Source: an uncultured Gemmatimonadales bacterium
GTDB lineage: Bacteria; Gemmatimonadota; Gemmatimonadetes; Longimicrobiales; RSA9
Direction: 5' to 3'
Assembly: GCA_963798845.1 (NCBI GenBank)
Contig: CAWCUS010000006.1
Location: 352,001-416,000, forward strand
Length of the DNA: 64,000 nucleotides
A program made the translations under genes and the position numbers. The notes below the pieces were generated by a model, which did no database searches, had not been told where the DNA came from, and was given only the letters and a program-made list of their open reading frames with translations. Positions 8,846 through 19,016 of the stretch are shown here, one piece after another; positions within the stretch are counted from its first letter, which is position 1, and every line of letters starts with the position of its first letter.

Positions 8846-9316
8846 ATGGATACGACGAAGCTGGTGAAAGAGATCCAGGGGATGCGGGAGGGTGGCTACC
8901 TGGCCGACCCGATCCTGCGGAAGGCGGTCCGGACGCTTGAAGAGGCGGATGACCGTTTCAACTGGGTGGGCGTGTACCTGATGAGGGAGAACGAGCAGAA
9001 GCTCTGGCTCCACAACTACGTGGGTACCCCGACGGAGCACGCCATCATCGAGGTCGGCCAGGGTGTGTGCGGCACGGCCGTGGCCGAGAAGGCCAACCAG
9101 ATGGTGGCGGATGTGAGCCAGGTTGAGAACTACCTGGCATGCAGTCCCAAGGTGAAGTCGGAGATGGTGGTGCTGATCCGTGCGGGTGACGAGATCCTGG
9201 GGCAGATCGACATCGACAGCCACCAGAAGGCCGCCTTCACAGAGGCGGACGAGGGAGGCGTGCAGCTGGTGGCGGACAAGCTCGCGGAAGTCCTGATGCA
9301 CGAGCGGCAGAGCTGA
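8846..9316 (+). CDS. GAF domain protein (free methionine-R-sulfoxide reductase MsrC-like)
   Basis: NWVGVY, GQGVCGTA, NYLAC, SEMVV and GQIDIDS motifs. Confidence 0.85.
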   Translation: MDTTKLVKEIQGMREGGYLADPILRKAVRTLEEADDRFNWVGVYLMRENEQKLWLHNYVGTPTEHAIIEVGQGVCGTAVAEKANQMVADVSQVENYLACSPKVKSEMVVLIRAGDEILGQIDIDSHQKAAFTEADEGGVQLVADKLAEVLMHERQS

Positions 9317-9323
9317 GCCGATC

Positions 9324-10085
9324 GTGCTGAGGACGGTCCTTGCGCCGAATGCGTCGCCGCTGACGCTGGACGGCACCCGGACCTACATCGTCGGACGTGA
9401 CCGGGTCGCGATCATCGACCCGGGCTCGAAAGACCCGGGACACCTGGATGCGGTATCGCTGGCCATCGGCGACGCGGCCGTGTCCGCCATTCTGGTCACG
9501 CATGCCCATCCGGACCACGCCGATGGCGCCGGCGAGCTGGCCGAGCGCCACGGCGCGCCGGTGCGGATGGAACGGACACGCTCCCTCGCAGACGGCGCCC
9601 GTGTCCCGACCGACGACGGGGACCTCGTGGCCGTGTTCACCCCCGGGCACACCCTGGATCACGTCTCCTTCCACTGGGCCGCGAAGGACGCCGTGTTCTG
9701 CGGCGACCTGATGATGGGCGGCGCGGACACCGCCCTGGTGGCACCGCCGGAAGGGGGGCTCGGCCCCTACCTCGCCTCGCTGGAGCGGATCCGGTCGTTG
9801 AGGCCGAACGTCATCTACCCGGGCCACGGTCCCGCCTTCCAGACTCCCGACCAGGCACTCGATCGCTACGTCCGCCACCGACAGCTGCGCCTGGAGCAGG
9901 TGGTGAGTGCGCTGCACGGCGGCGCACGAACAGCCGACGACCTGCTTGCCGCCGTATACGGCCCCCGCCTCGACCCGGATCTGGAGGCAGCCGCGGCGGC
10001 GGCGCTGAAGGCGTACCTCGAGTACCTCCAGGGGCAGGGACGGATCCGCCGCGCCGGACGCGGATGGGAGCCCCGGGAGCGATGA
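9324..10085 (+). CDS. MBL-fold metallo-hydrolase
   Basis: THAHPDH, TPGHT and PGHG motifs. Confidence 0.9.
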   Translation: MLRTVLAPNASPLTLDGTRTYIVGRDRVAIIDPGSKDPGHLDAVSLAIGDAAVSAILVTHAHPDHADGAGELAERHGAPVRMERTRSLADGARVPTDDGDLVAVFTPGHTLDHVSFHWAAKDAVFCGDLMMGGADTALVAPPEGGLGPYLASLERIRSLRPNVIYPGHGPAFQTPDQALDRYVRHRQLRLEQVVSALHGGARTADDLLAAVYGPRLDPDLEAAAAAALKAYLEYLQGQGRIRRAGRGWEPRER

Positions 10086-11215
10086 CGGTCGCCTCCCCGG
10101 GCGAGGAGAAGGCGGCCGGATCCGTGCTGGAGCGGCTGCGAGCGCTTGTGGAGCTCGAGTCCCCATCCGAAGACGAGGATCGCCTGCGCGCGCTGGCAGG
10201 GCACCTGGCCCGGACCCTCACCGACCTCGGCGCCGCCGTCGAGCGGGTGGAGGCCCCCGGGGTAGGTGAGCACCTCGTGGCCCGGGCACGGGGCACCGAG
10301 CCGCAGCTGGAACCGGTCCTGATCCTGGGCCACTTCGACACCGTCCACCCGGCGGGCTCCTTCGCGCCGGCCTTCACCGTGGCGAACGGCATCGCTCGCG
10401 GCCCCGGCGTATTCGACATGAAGGGCGGCATCGCGTGCGTGCTCGAGGCGCTTGCTCGCCTTGCCGGTCGGGGCCGCGCGCCGCGGCGCCCCGTCGTCCT
10501 GCTGCTGACGTGCGACGAGGAGACGGGCTCGACCACGTCGCGCGAGCTGATCGAAGCGCTCGGGCGCGAGGCCTCGGCGGTGCTGGTGCCCGAGCCGCCG
10601 CTGGAGAATGGGGCGGCGAAGACGCGGCGGAAGGGCGTCGCCTTGTACCGCGTGGACGTGACGGGCAAGGCGTCCCACGCGGGTCTGGACCCGGACGGGG
10701 GCGTTAACGCCGCGGTGGAGCTCGCGCACCAGGTCGTTGCAGCGGCGTCGCTCGGCGACCGGGGGGCGGGGACGACGGTTTCCGTGACGCGGATCGGCGG
10801 CGGCACGGCGTCGAACGTGATTCCGGCTTCGGCGTGGGCGCTCCTGGACGTCCGCTTCACGAGCGCCGATGAAGCGCGCCGGATCGATCGGCTGCTGCGC
10901 TCGCTGACGCCGGCGACGCCCGGGGCTTCGGTCGAGGTCAGCGGAGGGACGAATCGGCCGCCGCTGGAGCGCACTCCCGGGGTGGTGGCGCTGCTGGAAC
11001 GAGCGCGGTCCCTGGCAACGGCGAATGGCTGGACGCTGGCCGAGGGCTCGGCCGGGGGTGCCAGTGACGGTTGCTACACCGCGGCGCTGGGCACACCCAC
11101 GCTGGACGGCATCGGCCCGGCTGGCGGTGGGGCGCACACGCCGGACGAGCACGTCCTGGTCGAGGACCTCGAGCGGCGAGTGTCCCTGTACGCGAGGCTG
11201 CTGGAAACGCTATGA
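10082..11215 (+). CDS. M20 family metallopeptidase (carboxypeptidase G2 / desuccinylase-like)
   Basis: GHFDTV, GPGVFDMKGG, DEETGS, GGASD and GAHT motifs. ATGA overlap with the upstream gene. Confidence 0.9.
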   Translation: MTVASPGEEKAAGSVLERLRALVELESPSEDEDRLRALAGHLARTLTDLGAAVERVEAPGVGEHLVARARGTEPQLEPVLILGHFDTVHPAGSFAPAFTVANGIARGPGVFDMKGGIACVLEALARLAGRGRAPRRPVVLLLTCDEETGSTTSRELIEALGREASAVLVPEPPLENGAAKTRRKGVALYRVDVTGKASHAGLDPDGGVNAAVELAHQVVAAASLGDRGAGTTVSVTRIGGGTASNVIPASAWALLDVRFTSADEARRIDRLLRSLTPATPGASVEVSGGTNRPPLERTPGVVALLERARSLATANGWTLAEGSAGGASDGCYTAALGTPTLDGIGPAGGGAHTPDEHVLVEDLERRVSLYARLLETL

Positions 11216-12033
11216 CGGAGATCGTGGTCCGACCGGTGGAGGGACCGGCGGAGCGGGAGGCATGCGTGCGCCTCCAGCAGGCCACGTGGGGCCGCGACTT
11301 CGCCGACCGGGTCCCCGCGTCCATCCTCATGCTGGCCCAGGAGATGGGCGGAATAGTGAGCGGCGCGTTCCTCGGTGACCGGCTGGTGGGGTTCGTGTTC
11401 GGGATCACGGGGCTCCGGGACGGCGAGCTCGCGCACTGGTCCGACATGCTCGCCGTGGACCCGGAGGTCCGCGGCCGCGGAGTCGGGAGACGCCTGAAGC
11501 TGCACCAGCGCGAGCTTCTGCTCGCCCGCGACGTCCCGCGGATGATCTGGACCACCGACCCGCTCGAAGCCCGCAACGCCCACCTGAACCTGCGGCGTCT
11601 CGGCGCCACCGCCCGGACGTATCTCCGCGAGCTCTATGGCGATTCGGTCTCGCCTCTGCACGCAGGAATCGGCACGGACCGGATCCTCTGTGAATGGGCG
11701 CTCGACTCGGAGCGGGTCGCCGCCCGCGTGGCCGGCAGCGGGCCGGAGACGCCCGCCCGGCCGGGGACCATCCTCAACCCGACGGCGGAGGCAGGCAGAC
11801 CGTGGCCGCAGCCGCCGGAAGGCGGAGTGACGCCCCGGGCCGAAGTCGTGGGGGTGGTCGTTCCCGCGGAGATCCAGGGGTTGAAGTCGGCGGATCCGGA
11901 GCTTGCGCGCGCGTGGCGTTTGAGCGTGCGGACGGCGCTCGAGGCCGCCTTCCGCGAGGGCTACGTGGCAGTCGACTTCATTTCGGGGCCTGTGGTGGGG
12001 ACGTACGTGCTCGCGCGCGGCTTGTCCCTGTAG
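11212..12033 (+). CDS. GNAT acyltransferase, putative D-amino-acid N-succinyltransferase type
   Basis: HWSDMLAV..RGRGVG, WTTDPLEARNAHLNLRRLG and GTDR motifs, typical of GNATs encoded next to NSAR/OSBS genes. Confidence 0.75.
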   Translation: MTEIVVRPVEGPAEREACVRLQQATWGRDFADRVPASILMLAQEMGGIVSGAFLGDRLVGFVFGITGLRDGELAHWSDMLAVDPEVRGRGVGRRLKLHQRELLLARDVPRMIWTTDPLEARNAHLNLRRLGATARTYLRELYGDSVSPLHAGIGTDRILCEWALDSERVAARVAGSGPETPARPGTILNPTAEAGRPWPQPPEGGVTPRAEVVGVVVPAEIQGLKSADPELARAWRLSVRTALEAAFREGYVAVDFISGPVVGTYVLARGLSL

Positions 12034-13934
12034 AGCTCGGCGTCGGCCCTCTGCAGGAGATCCTCCGCCCCGGTCACGTCGCGGGCGTACACCGCGATTC
12101 CCGCGGACACGCCAATGTCGCAGCGACCCAGCTTTGTCGCCGCGTCCGAGAATCGTGCGCGAACCCGCTCGACGAAGACGCGCGCGCCGGCAAGATCGGT
12201 GTCGGAGAGCAGCGCGACGAACTCGTCACCACCGTAGCGTGCGGCCAGGTTCATGGCCCGGGTCTCCTCCCGCAAGGTGCTGCCGAATGCGGCCAACGCC
12301 TGGTCGCCGGCGAGGTGCCCGTACGTGTCGTTGTACTCCTTGAAGGTGTCGAGGTCGAACATCACTGCGGCGAGGCGACGTCCGCGCCGGGCGGCCGCGA
12401 ACTCCCGTTCCAGCTCCCGCTGCAGCTGGCGCCGGTTGGCCAGCCCGGTGAGCGGGTCCGTGATGGAAAGGGTGCGGACCTGATCAAAGAGGCGCGCGGT
12501 CTTGATCCCGATGCCTGCCTGTTCCGCCATCGCCCCCAGGAGGTGCAGCTCCTCTGCCTGGAACGGGTCGCTCCGGATGCAGGCGAACAGGGCACCGAAG
12601 GTCTGGTCACGGAATCGGATCGGCGCAGCCGCCACGGGCCAGCGCCCGAGGAACGCGAGGCTTTCCGGCTGGATATACGGGTCCCGCGTCGGGTCCACCG
12701 TGGCGCGCGGCTCACCGTGGAGCACCACCCAGCCGGTGAAGCTGCCCTCGAGGGGGAAGCGGAGCCCGACCACGTCCTCGGACATGCCGACCACGGCCCG
12801 GGTCTCCAGCGTCCGCCCGTCCTCGGTCAGGAGCTCGATCCCGGCCGCTCTCGTGCCGAAAACGCGGCGCGCTGCCTCCGAGATCAGCCTGAGCGTGGAA
12901 TCGAGATCCGTCGTGCCGGCGAGCGAGTGAGCCACCTCCACGAGCGCCTGCGTATGCGCCAGCTGCCGCCGATGGTCCGCACCCCGTTCCGCTGCGCGGA
13001 GCGCCTGCGCGGTGCGAACTGCCAGCACGACCGCGAGCAGCGCGATCGCCCCGAGCGTGACGCGGCTCACGGCGTCGCGAAAAGCGATATCCAGCGCAGC
13101 GGCGCCGAGAAGGAGCGAGACGGCCGGCACGATCGAGGCGCGCACCACCTCGTGGGCGCGGCGTCCCACTAGCATGGCGGCGGCCGTGGCGGCCTGGCGC
13201 CTCGCTCGATACCCGGCGGCCGCGAACAGCAACCAGCCGGCGACCCATGCGAGGTCGAAGCCGTCGCCCATGCGCAGCGGGTGCGCGTCGATACCGGCCA
13301 GTGAGAACAGCGTGGCCGCGGCGAAGAGAGCCGTGGCGAGGAAAAGGAGCACCGCGGAGGAGGAATCCAGCGTGGAGGTGCCACGCAGCAGGACGAGCGC
13401 CGACACGAGCGCAGGCACGACGACCACGGTGTGGGCGAGGGCCAGGGTGGCCAGCTCGGCGTGAGTCGCGCTTCGGGCGAGGAGCGGCTCCACGGCCACG
13501 CGCAGCGTGATCACCACCGCGGCCAGGAGCAGAAGGGCGGCATCCCCCTTCAGCGCCGGTGTCCACAGGCTCTGCCGCCGCTGTCCAACGGCCAGAGCGG
13601 CGCCCACCGCGAGAAGGATGTTGGGCAGCAGGTAGACGTACAGCGACAGCGGCACACCGGCCGGGGACCAGACGTACTGCTCGTACAGGGCGAGGATCTC
13701 CGCCACCACCGCCACCGCCGCGGCGCTCGCCAGCACCACGAAAGCCAGGCGCGGCCACGAAAGCGCCCGGCGCGCAGCGTACCCCCACCCGAGCGAGCCG
13801 ATCAGGGGCGCGAACACCCAGGGCCACGCGCGAAGCGGCGCGGCACCCGCGTGCGCGAGCAACGGCAGCGATGCCACGGCGACGGCGATGATGCCGAGGA
13901 GCCACCACGGCACCCTCGCCGTCGATCGCTGCAT
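11961..13934 (-). CDS. Membrane-bound GAF-GGDEF diguanylate cyclase
   Basis: Multiple TM helices, a GAF domain, DPLTGLANRR and an intact RYGGDEF. The start may be 13994. Confidence 0.9.
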   Translation of the reverse strand: MQRSTARVPWWLLGIIAVAVASLPLLAHAGAAPLRAWPWVFAPLIGSLGWGYAARRALSWPRLAFVVLASAAAVAVVAEILALYEQYVWSPAGVPLSLYVYLLPNILLAVGAALAVGQRRQSLWTPALKGDAALLLLAAVVITLRVAVEPLLARSATHAELATLALAHTVVVVPALVSALVLLRGTSTLDSSSAVLLFLATALFAAATLFSLAGIDAHPLRMGDGFDLAWVAGWLLFAAAGYRARRQAATAAAMLVGRRAHEVVRASIVPAVSLLLGAAALDIAFRDAVSRVTLGAIALLAVVLAVRTAQALRAAERGADHRRQLAHTQALVEVAHSLAGTTDLDSTLRLISEAARRVFGTRAAGIELLTEDGRTLETRAVVGMSEDVVGLRFPLEGSFTGWVVLHGEPRATVDPTRDPYIQPESLAFLGRWPVAAAPIRFRDQTFGALFACIRSDPFQAEELHLLGAMAEQAGIGIKTARLFDQVRTLSITDPLTGLANRRQLQRELEREFAAARRGRRLAAVMFDLDTFKEYNDTYGHLAGDQALAAFGSTLREETRAMNLAARYGGDEFVALLSDTDLAGARVFVERVRARFSDAATKLGRCDIGVSAGIAVYARDVTGAEDLLQRADAELYRDKPRASTYVPTTGPEMKSTAT

Positions 13935-14097
13935 CACGCGAACGGCGCCAGTTGCTATGAGTTCGCTTCGGGGTGTCGGTAGATCGACCCCCATGGTGCC
14001 CTTCCTGGACTTCCTATATACGTTGCCCGGGAGATTAGGGAGGGCTCGCCAAGTCCAGGGAAGTTACTCCCTCGGGCGCGCACGTTCAAGGATCGCA

Positions 14098-15207
14098 ATG
14101 CGCATTCACCGGGTTCGGCTCAGGACCATCCAGCTCCGTCTCCGCCACCCGTTCCGGATCTCCTCGGGCGTGACGCACGAACGGACCATCCTGCTGGCGT
14201 TCGTCGACTTCGGCGGGATGGAGGGGGTAGCCGAGTGCGTGGCAGGAGAGGCGCCCATCTACACGGCGGAGACGGTGGAGACCGCGAGCTGGGTGATCCA
14301 GCGCCACCTGGCGCCTGCGGTGATCGGCGTGGAGTTCGCAGACCCGCCCGCGCTCTGGGGTCTTCTGGAGCGCACTGCGCGCGGGCACCTGATGGCGAAG
14401 GCGGCGATCGAGATGGCGGCCTGGGATGCGTACGCGAAGCTGCGCGGCGTCCCGCTGGCGGAAGCGCTCGGAGGGGTAGCAGCCGCCGTTCCGGCGGGCG
14501 TGAGCATCGGGATCCAGGATAGCCTGGATGCGCTGCTGGCGCGCGTGAGTGAGTTCGTGCACCAGGGCTACCGACGCGTGAAGCTGAAGATCGCGCCCGG
14601 CAAGGACACCGCGGTCCTGGACGCCGTGCGCTCGGCGTTCCCGGAGGTCCCGCTGACCGTGGACGCGAACAGCGCCTACGAAGCGGGAGACCTCGACCAC
14701 CTGGCGGCGTTCGACCGCTACGAGCTTCAGCTGATCGAGCAGCCCTTCCGGGAGGACGCCCTGCTGCTGCACGCCCGCCTGCAGGCGAGGATGGCGACAC
14801 CGGTATGCCTGGACGAGAGCATCACGTCGGCGGAGCGGTGCCGGGAGGCGCTCGAGCTCGGCGCGTGCCGGGCGGTCAACATCAAGCCGGGCCGGCTCGG
14901 CGGGCATTCCCCCTCCCTCCAGGTCCACGACCTGTGCCGCGATGCGGGTGTGCCCGTCTGGTGCGGGGGAATGCTGGAGTCCGGCATCGGCCGCGCCCAC
15001 AACGTGGCTCTGGCGAGCCTCCCCAACATGAGGCTCCCTGGCGACACATCCGCCAGCGACCGTTACTGGGACAGGGACGTCGTGGACCCGCCTTTCCGCC
15101 TGGCGGAGCACGGAATGGTGGCGGTGCCGACGGGTGCGGGGATCGGCGTCGCCCTGGACGAGGAGTTCCTGACTGCCATCGAGTCCGACCGGGTCGATCT
15201 CGTGTGA
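14098..15207 (+). CDS. menC: o-succinylbenzoate synthase / N-succinylamino acid racemase (NSAR/OSBS subfamily)
   Basis: Enolase-superfamily KLK, DANSAY, EQP, DESI, NIKPGR, WCGGMLESGIG and PGDTSAS motifs. Confidence 0.85.
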   Translation: MRIHRVRLRTIQLRLRHPFRISSGVTHERTILLAFVDFGGMEGVAECVAGEAPIYTAETVETASWVIQRHLAPAVIGVEFADPPALWGLLERTARGHLMAKAAIEMAAWDAYAKLRGVPLAEALGGVAAAVPAGVSIGIQDSLDALLARVSEFVHQGYRRVKLKIAPGKDTAVLDAVRSAFPEVPLTVDANSAYEAGDLDHLAAFDRYELQLIEQPFREDALLLHARLQARMATPVCLDESITSAERCREALELGACRAVNIKPGRLGGHSPSLQVHDLCRDAGVPVWCGGMLESGIGRAHNVALASLPNMRLPGDTSASDRYWDRDVVDPPFRLAEHGMVAVPTGAGIGVALDEEFLTAIESDRVDLV

Positions 15208-15223
15208 TGGCGCCCGCCGAGCG

Positions 15224-16678
15224 TCAACGGCTGGCTTCCGGCAACGGCCTGCTTCCTTCGGACGCGGCGGCGCGCACGAGCTCCCACGCTCGGCGGACGT
15301 GGGCCTCCGTGGTCCGGAGGTTCCCGATCGCGATGCGGATGGCGTAGCGCCCCCGCACGCTGGTGTGCGACATGAAGACCTCGCCGCTGGCATTCACCCG
15401 CGCCAGGATCCGCTCGTTCATCGCGTTCACCGCCTCGTCCTCAAGCCCGGTGGGATGGAAGCGGAAGGCCACCACCGAGAACAGGGTGGGGGCGAGGCGC
15501 TCGAAATCCGGAGCGTCGTCGACCCAGGAGGCGAAGAGTCGGGCGAGCCGGACGTGCTCACGCAGCGCCTCGACGATCCCGCTGCGGCCGAAGTAGCGGA
15601 GCACGAACCAGAGCTTGAGCGAGCGGAACCGCCGACCCAGGGCGACGCCGTAGTCCATCAGATTGGTTACGCCTGTCTCCGGCGTACGCAGGTACTCGGG
15701 GGTCAGGCTGAAGGCCTGGCGCAGGATGTCCGGGTGCCGGGTGTACGCCGCCGAGCAGTCCACGGGCACGAACATCCACTTGTGCGGGTTGACGACCAAC
15801 GAGTCGGCCCGTTCGCATCCGTCCAGAACGTGGCGGAGCTCCGGGACGATGGCGGCCGTGCCGCCGTACGCGGCATCCACGTGGAGCCACATCGCTTCGC
15901 GCTCGCAGATGTCGGCGATTTCCGGAACCGGGTCCACGGCGGTGACGCCCGTGGTCCCGATGGTGGCCACGGCCGCCATGGGTCGGAAGCCACGCGCGCG
16001 GTCCTGACCGATGGCGTGTCGGAGCGCGTCCGTGTCCATGCGGAAGTCCCCGTCGGTTGGCAGGCGAACGAGGTTCTCGGCGCCCAGACCCAGGGCGATG
16101 ACGGCCTTGTCCACGCTGGAGTGCGCCTCCTCGGAGCAGTACACGCGGAGCCGGGGGACGTCGTCGCGGCCCGCGAGCCCGCGCGCCCGGATGTCGAGAC
16201 CCGCAGCCTCACGGGCTGCGGCGAGAGCGTAGAAGGTGCTGGAAGAGGCGGTGTCGTTGATGACCCCATGGAAGGAGGCGGGGAGCCCCAGCAAATCCCG
16301 CAGCCAGCCCAGGGTCACCTCTTCGAGCTCGGTCTGCGCCGGGCCGCTGCGCCAGAGCATGGCGTTGACGTTCAGCGCCGCAGCGAGCGCTTCCCCGAGG
16401 ATCCCGGGCGCCGATCCCGTGATGCCGAAGTAGGCGAAGAACCCCGGGTGATTCCAGTGAGTGGTGTTCGGGACGATGAGCCGGTCATAGTCGGCCAGGA
16501 TCGCCTCGAACGGCTCGGGATGCTCGGGTGCGAGGGGAGGCAGCGCTGCCCGGACGTCGCCGGGCTGCAGCCGCGGAAGCACCGCCACGCGCTCCGGGTG
16601 CGCGAGGTAGTCGGCGATCCGGTCGATGACTGCGCGGCCCTGCTCCCGGAAGGTTTCCGGATCCATGTCGGCGTGCAT
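15224..16678 (-). CDS. PLP-dependent group II (aromatic L-amino acid type) decarboxylase
   Basis: THWNHPGFFAYF, AHSSVDKA, HVDAAYGG, NPHKW and LGRRFRSLKLW motifs. Confidence 0.9.
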   Translation of the reverse strand: MHADMDPETFREQGRAVIDRIADYLAHPERVAVLPRLQPGDVRAALPPLAPEHPEPFEAILADYDRLIVPNTTHWNHPGFFAYFGITGSAPGILGEALAAALNVNAMLWRSGPAQTELEEVTLGWLRDLLGLPASFHGVINDTASSSTFYALAAAREAAGLDIRARGLAGRDDVPRLRVYCSEEAHSSVDKAVIALGLGAENLVRLPTDGDFRMDTDALRHAIGQDRARGFRPMAAVATIGTTGVTAVDPVPEIADICEREAMWLHVDAAYGGTAAIVPELRHVLDGCERADSLVVNPHKWMFVPVDCSAAYTRHPDILRQAFSLTPEYLRTPETGVTNLMDYGVALGRRFRSLKLWFVLRYFGRSGIVEALREHVRLARLFASWVDDAPDFERLAPTLFSVVAFRFHPTGLEDEAVNAMNERILARVNASGEVFMSHTSVRGRYAIRIAIGNLRTTEAHVRRAWELVRAAASEGSRPLPEASR

Positions 16679-16773
16679 GGCAGCGAAACTAGGCGAGCGG
16701 CGACGACGCGTCCACCGCTGGCGCCCACCCGCCCCCGCTTTACGGGCGGACCCGGGGCGACGACCTTCCGTCG

Positions 16774-18384
16774 ATGCGCACGCTACTTCCCCCGGCGGGA
16801 TTCGGTGCCGCCGTCGCGGCCGTGCTCGCCCTCTCCGGATGCGGCGCGGGTGGGGCGAGGCCGGTGCCGGCCCCGAGCCCTCGCGAGCCGGTTGCCGCGG
16901 CAGCCGGCCACGCGGCCGACCTTCCTCCCGCGCCCGATACGAGTCCGGGCATGGCGGCTGCGCCGGGCAACAGCAGTCCGGCGGCGACACCGACCGTGCC
17001 GGCGCCGTCGCTCCGGGAAGCTACGCGCCTGCTGGACTCCCTGATGGCCGCCCCGCCGCTGGGGCGTGCGCACTGGGGCGTCGCCGTCTACGATGCGGCG
17101 ACGGGTGAGGCTCTGCTGGAGCGGAACGCGGACGAGCTGTTCGTCCCGGCTTCGAACATGAAGCTGGTGACCGTGGCCGCTGCGCTCGCGCTGCTGGGCC
17201 CCGACTTCCGCTTCACCACAACGGTGGCCGCGCCCGGGCTCGCCGACGGAGCCGCGGAAGCGCTCGTGGTCCGCGGCGGTGGCGACCCGACGATCTCGCG
17301 CGCGTTCTTCCACACCCCGCTGGCGCCGTTCGATTCCCTCGCCGACTCACTGTCGGCGGCGGGATTGAAGCGCGTGGATGGCCCCCTGATCGTGGACGAG
17401 ACCCGGTTCGACAGCACTCTGGTGAGCCCGGCCTGGGAGGCGGGCGACCTGCGCTGGTACTACGCGGCCCCGGTCACCCCGCTGGCCGTGCTCGAAGGCG
17501 CCTTCCCGCTGCTCGTCGTTCCAGGCGGCGCCGGAGGCCGCGCACGCGTGAGCGTGCTGCACGAAGGGTCGCCGGTGACGCTCGACGCAAGCGTGACAAC
17601 GTCTCCGGGAAACGCCGCGTGGAACGACGTGGTGGGGTGGGTCGGGGCGACGGACACGCTGCGCGTCCGCGGGCGGATCGGCGCCGGCGCGCGCCCGGAC
17701 ACGTCGTGGCTGGCGCAGCGGGACCCCGGCCGCTGGGCCGGCCTCGCGCTTGCGGCGTCGCTTGCAAGGGCGGGGATCGACGTCGCCGGTCCGGTGATCG
17801 TGCGGTACGGCGAGCCGCCGTTTCCTGACGCTCCATCCCTCGCGGTATGGCGATCTCCGCCGCTCGTGCATATCCTCCCGCTCCCGTTGGCGCACTCGGA
17901 CAACTGGATCGCGGAGATGATCCTGAAGACGTTGGGCGCGGAGGCGGGTGACGGTGGAACATGGAGCGCCGGGACGGCCGTGGCCGAGCGGTTCATGGCC
18001 GCGGAGGTGGGGTTGGATCCCGGCGCCATGTACATGCGCGACGGCTCGGGGCTGGCTGCCCAGGACCTGGTCACGCCGCGTGCACTGGTGAGCGTGTTGC
18101 GATACGTTCGCAGCACCCCGTGGGGCGCCGCCTTTCGCGCTGCCATGGCTGCTCCCGGCGACACGGCCGGGACGCTGGAGCATCGGCTCGATGGCTACGG
18201 AGGTCGCCTGGTGGCAAAGACGGGTACGATCACGCACGTGAACGCGCTGAGCGGGTACCTGCGGACGGAAGGCGGACGGGAGCTTGTGTTCAGCGTCCTG
18301 GTCAACGCCGCCGGCCGCCCCGCCTCCGAGGTCCGCAGGGCGGTGGATCGGGTGGTGGAAGCGCTACTCCGAAGTGGGAGCTGA
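16774..18384 (+). CDS. dacB: D-Ala-D-Ala carboxypeptidase/endopeptidase PBP4 (lipoprotein)
   Basis: PASNMK (SxxK), SDN, DGSGL and KTG motifs, with lipobox LSGC. Confidence 0.9.
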   Translation: MRTLLPPAGFGAAVAAVLALSGCGAGGARPVPAPSPREPVAAAAGHAADLPPAPDTSPGMAAAPGNSSPAATPTVPAPSLREATRLLDSLMAAPPLGRAHWGVAVYDAATGEALLERNADELFVPASNMKLVTVAAALALLGPDFRFTTTVAAPGLADGAAEALVVRGGGDPTISRAFFHTPLAPFDSLADSLSAAGLKRVDGPLIVDETRFDSTLVSPAWEAGDLRWYYAAPVTPLAVLEGAFPLLVVPGGAGGRARVSVLHEGSPVTLDASVTTSPGNAAWNDVVGWVGATDTLRVRGRIGAGARPDTSWLAQRDPGRWAGLALAASLARAGIDVAGPVIVRYGEPPFPDAPSLAVWRSPPLVHILPLPLAHSDNWIAEMILKTLGAEAGDGGTWSAGTAVAERFMAAEVGLDPGAMYMRDGSGLAAQDLVTPRALVSVLRYVRSTPWGAAFRAAMAAPGDTAGTLEHRLDGYGGRLVAKTGTITHVNALSGYLRTEGGRELVFSVLVNAAGRPASEVRRAVDRVVEALLRSGS

Positions 18385-18388
18385 ACAG

Positions 18389-18985
18389 ATGGACGAGAAC
18401 ACACAGGGCACGGCGGGCCGCGCAGCACCGAAGCGGGGGAAGGGGTTTCTCTGGGCGTTCCTGGCGGTGCTGATCGCGTTCGGCGCCGGGTACGGATGGC
18501 AGTGGTACGAAGGCCGCTCAATCCGCGAACAGCTGGATCGGACCGAGAAGGAGCTCCGTATCGAGCGGCTCCGGATCGGGCTCGCCCAGGCCGCCGTGGC
18601 CGCACAGTCCGGTGACTTCGAAGCCGCGCGCCGGCAGATGAGCGAATTCTTCACGCACCTCCAGGACGCCGCCGAGGACCTCCCGCCCGACCTCGCTGCC
18701 CTGGCGCAAACGATCCTGGTTCAGCGCGACGACGTCATCACCGGGCTGTCGCGCTCCAACGCGCAGTACGTGGGCGTGCTCTACGGTATGCTGAACCGGT
18801 TCGAGGCGGCCGCCCCCCAGGCCGGCGCAGAGACCCCGGAACCAGACCGGTCCGCGCCGAGCACCGCGCCTTCGGGGGTGGGAAACGAGCCGGCAGGAGG
18901 CGAGCAGGCACCCGGGACCGGCGCGGAATCCGCGGGCTCCGCGCTGCCCGCGGCCCCGCCGGCCGTCGACAGCGGCGCGCGGTGA
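18389..18985 (+). CDS. Hypothetical membrane-anchored coiled-coil protein
   Basis: ATG 4 nt after the dacB stop. One TM helix, a helical region and a low-complexity tail. Confidence 0.7.
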   Translation: MDENTQGTAGRAAPKRGKGFLWAFLAVLIAFGAGYGWQWYEGRSIREQLDRTEKELRIERLRIGLAQAAVAAQSGDFEAARRQMSEFFTHLQDAAEDLPPDLAALAQTILVQRDDVITGLSRSNAQYVGVLYGMLNRFEAAAPQAGAETPEPDRSAPSTAPSGVGNEPAGGEQAPGTGAESAGSALPAAPPAVDSGAR

Positions 18986-19016
18986 GCCCGTGCCGGGCCA
19001 CGCACGTCCTGGCAGC

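Noticed and set aside
14098..15207. Menaquinone biosynthesis locus
   Set aside because: No other men genes are nearby; the context favours a racemase role, though bifunctionality cannot be excluded.
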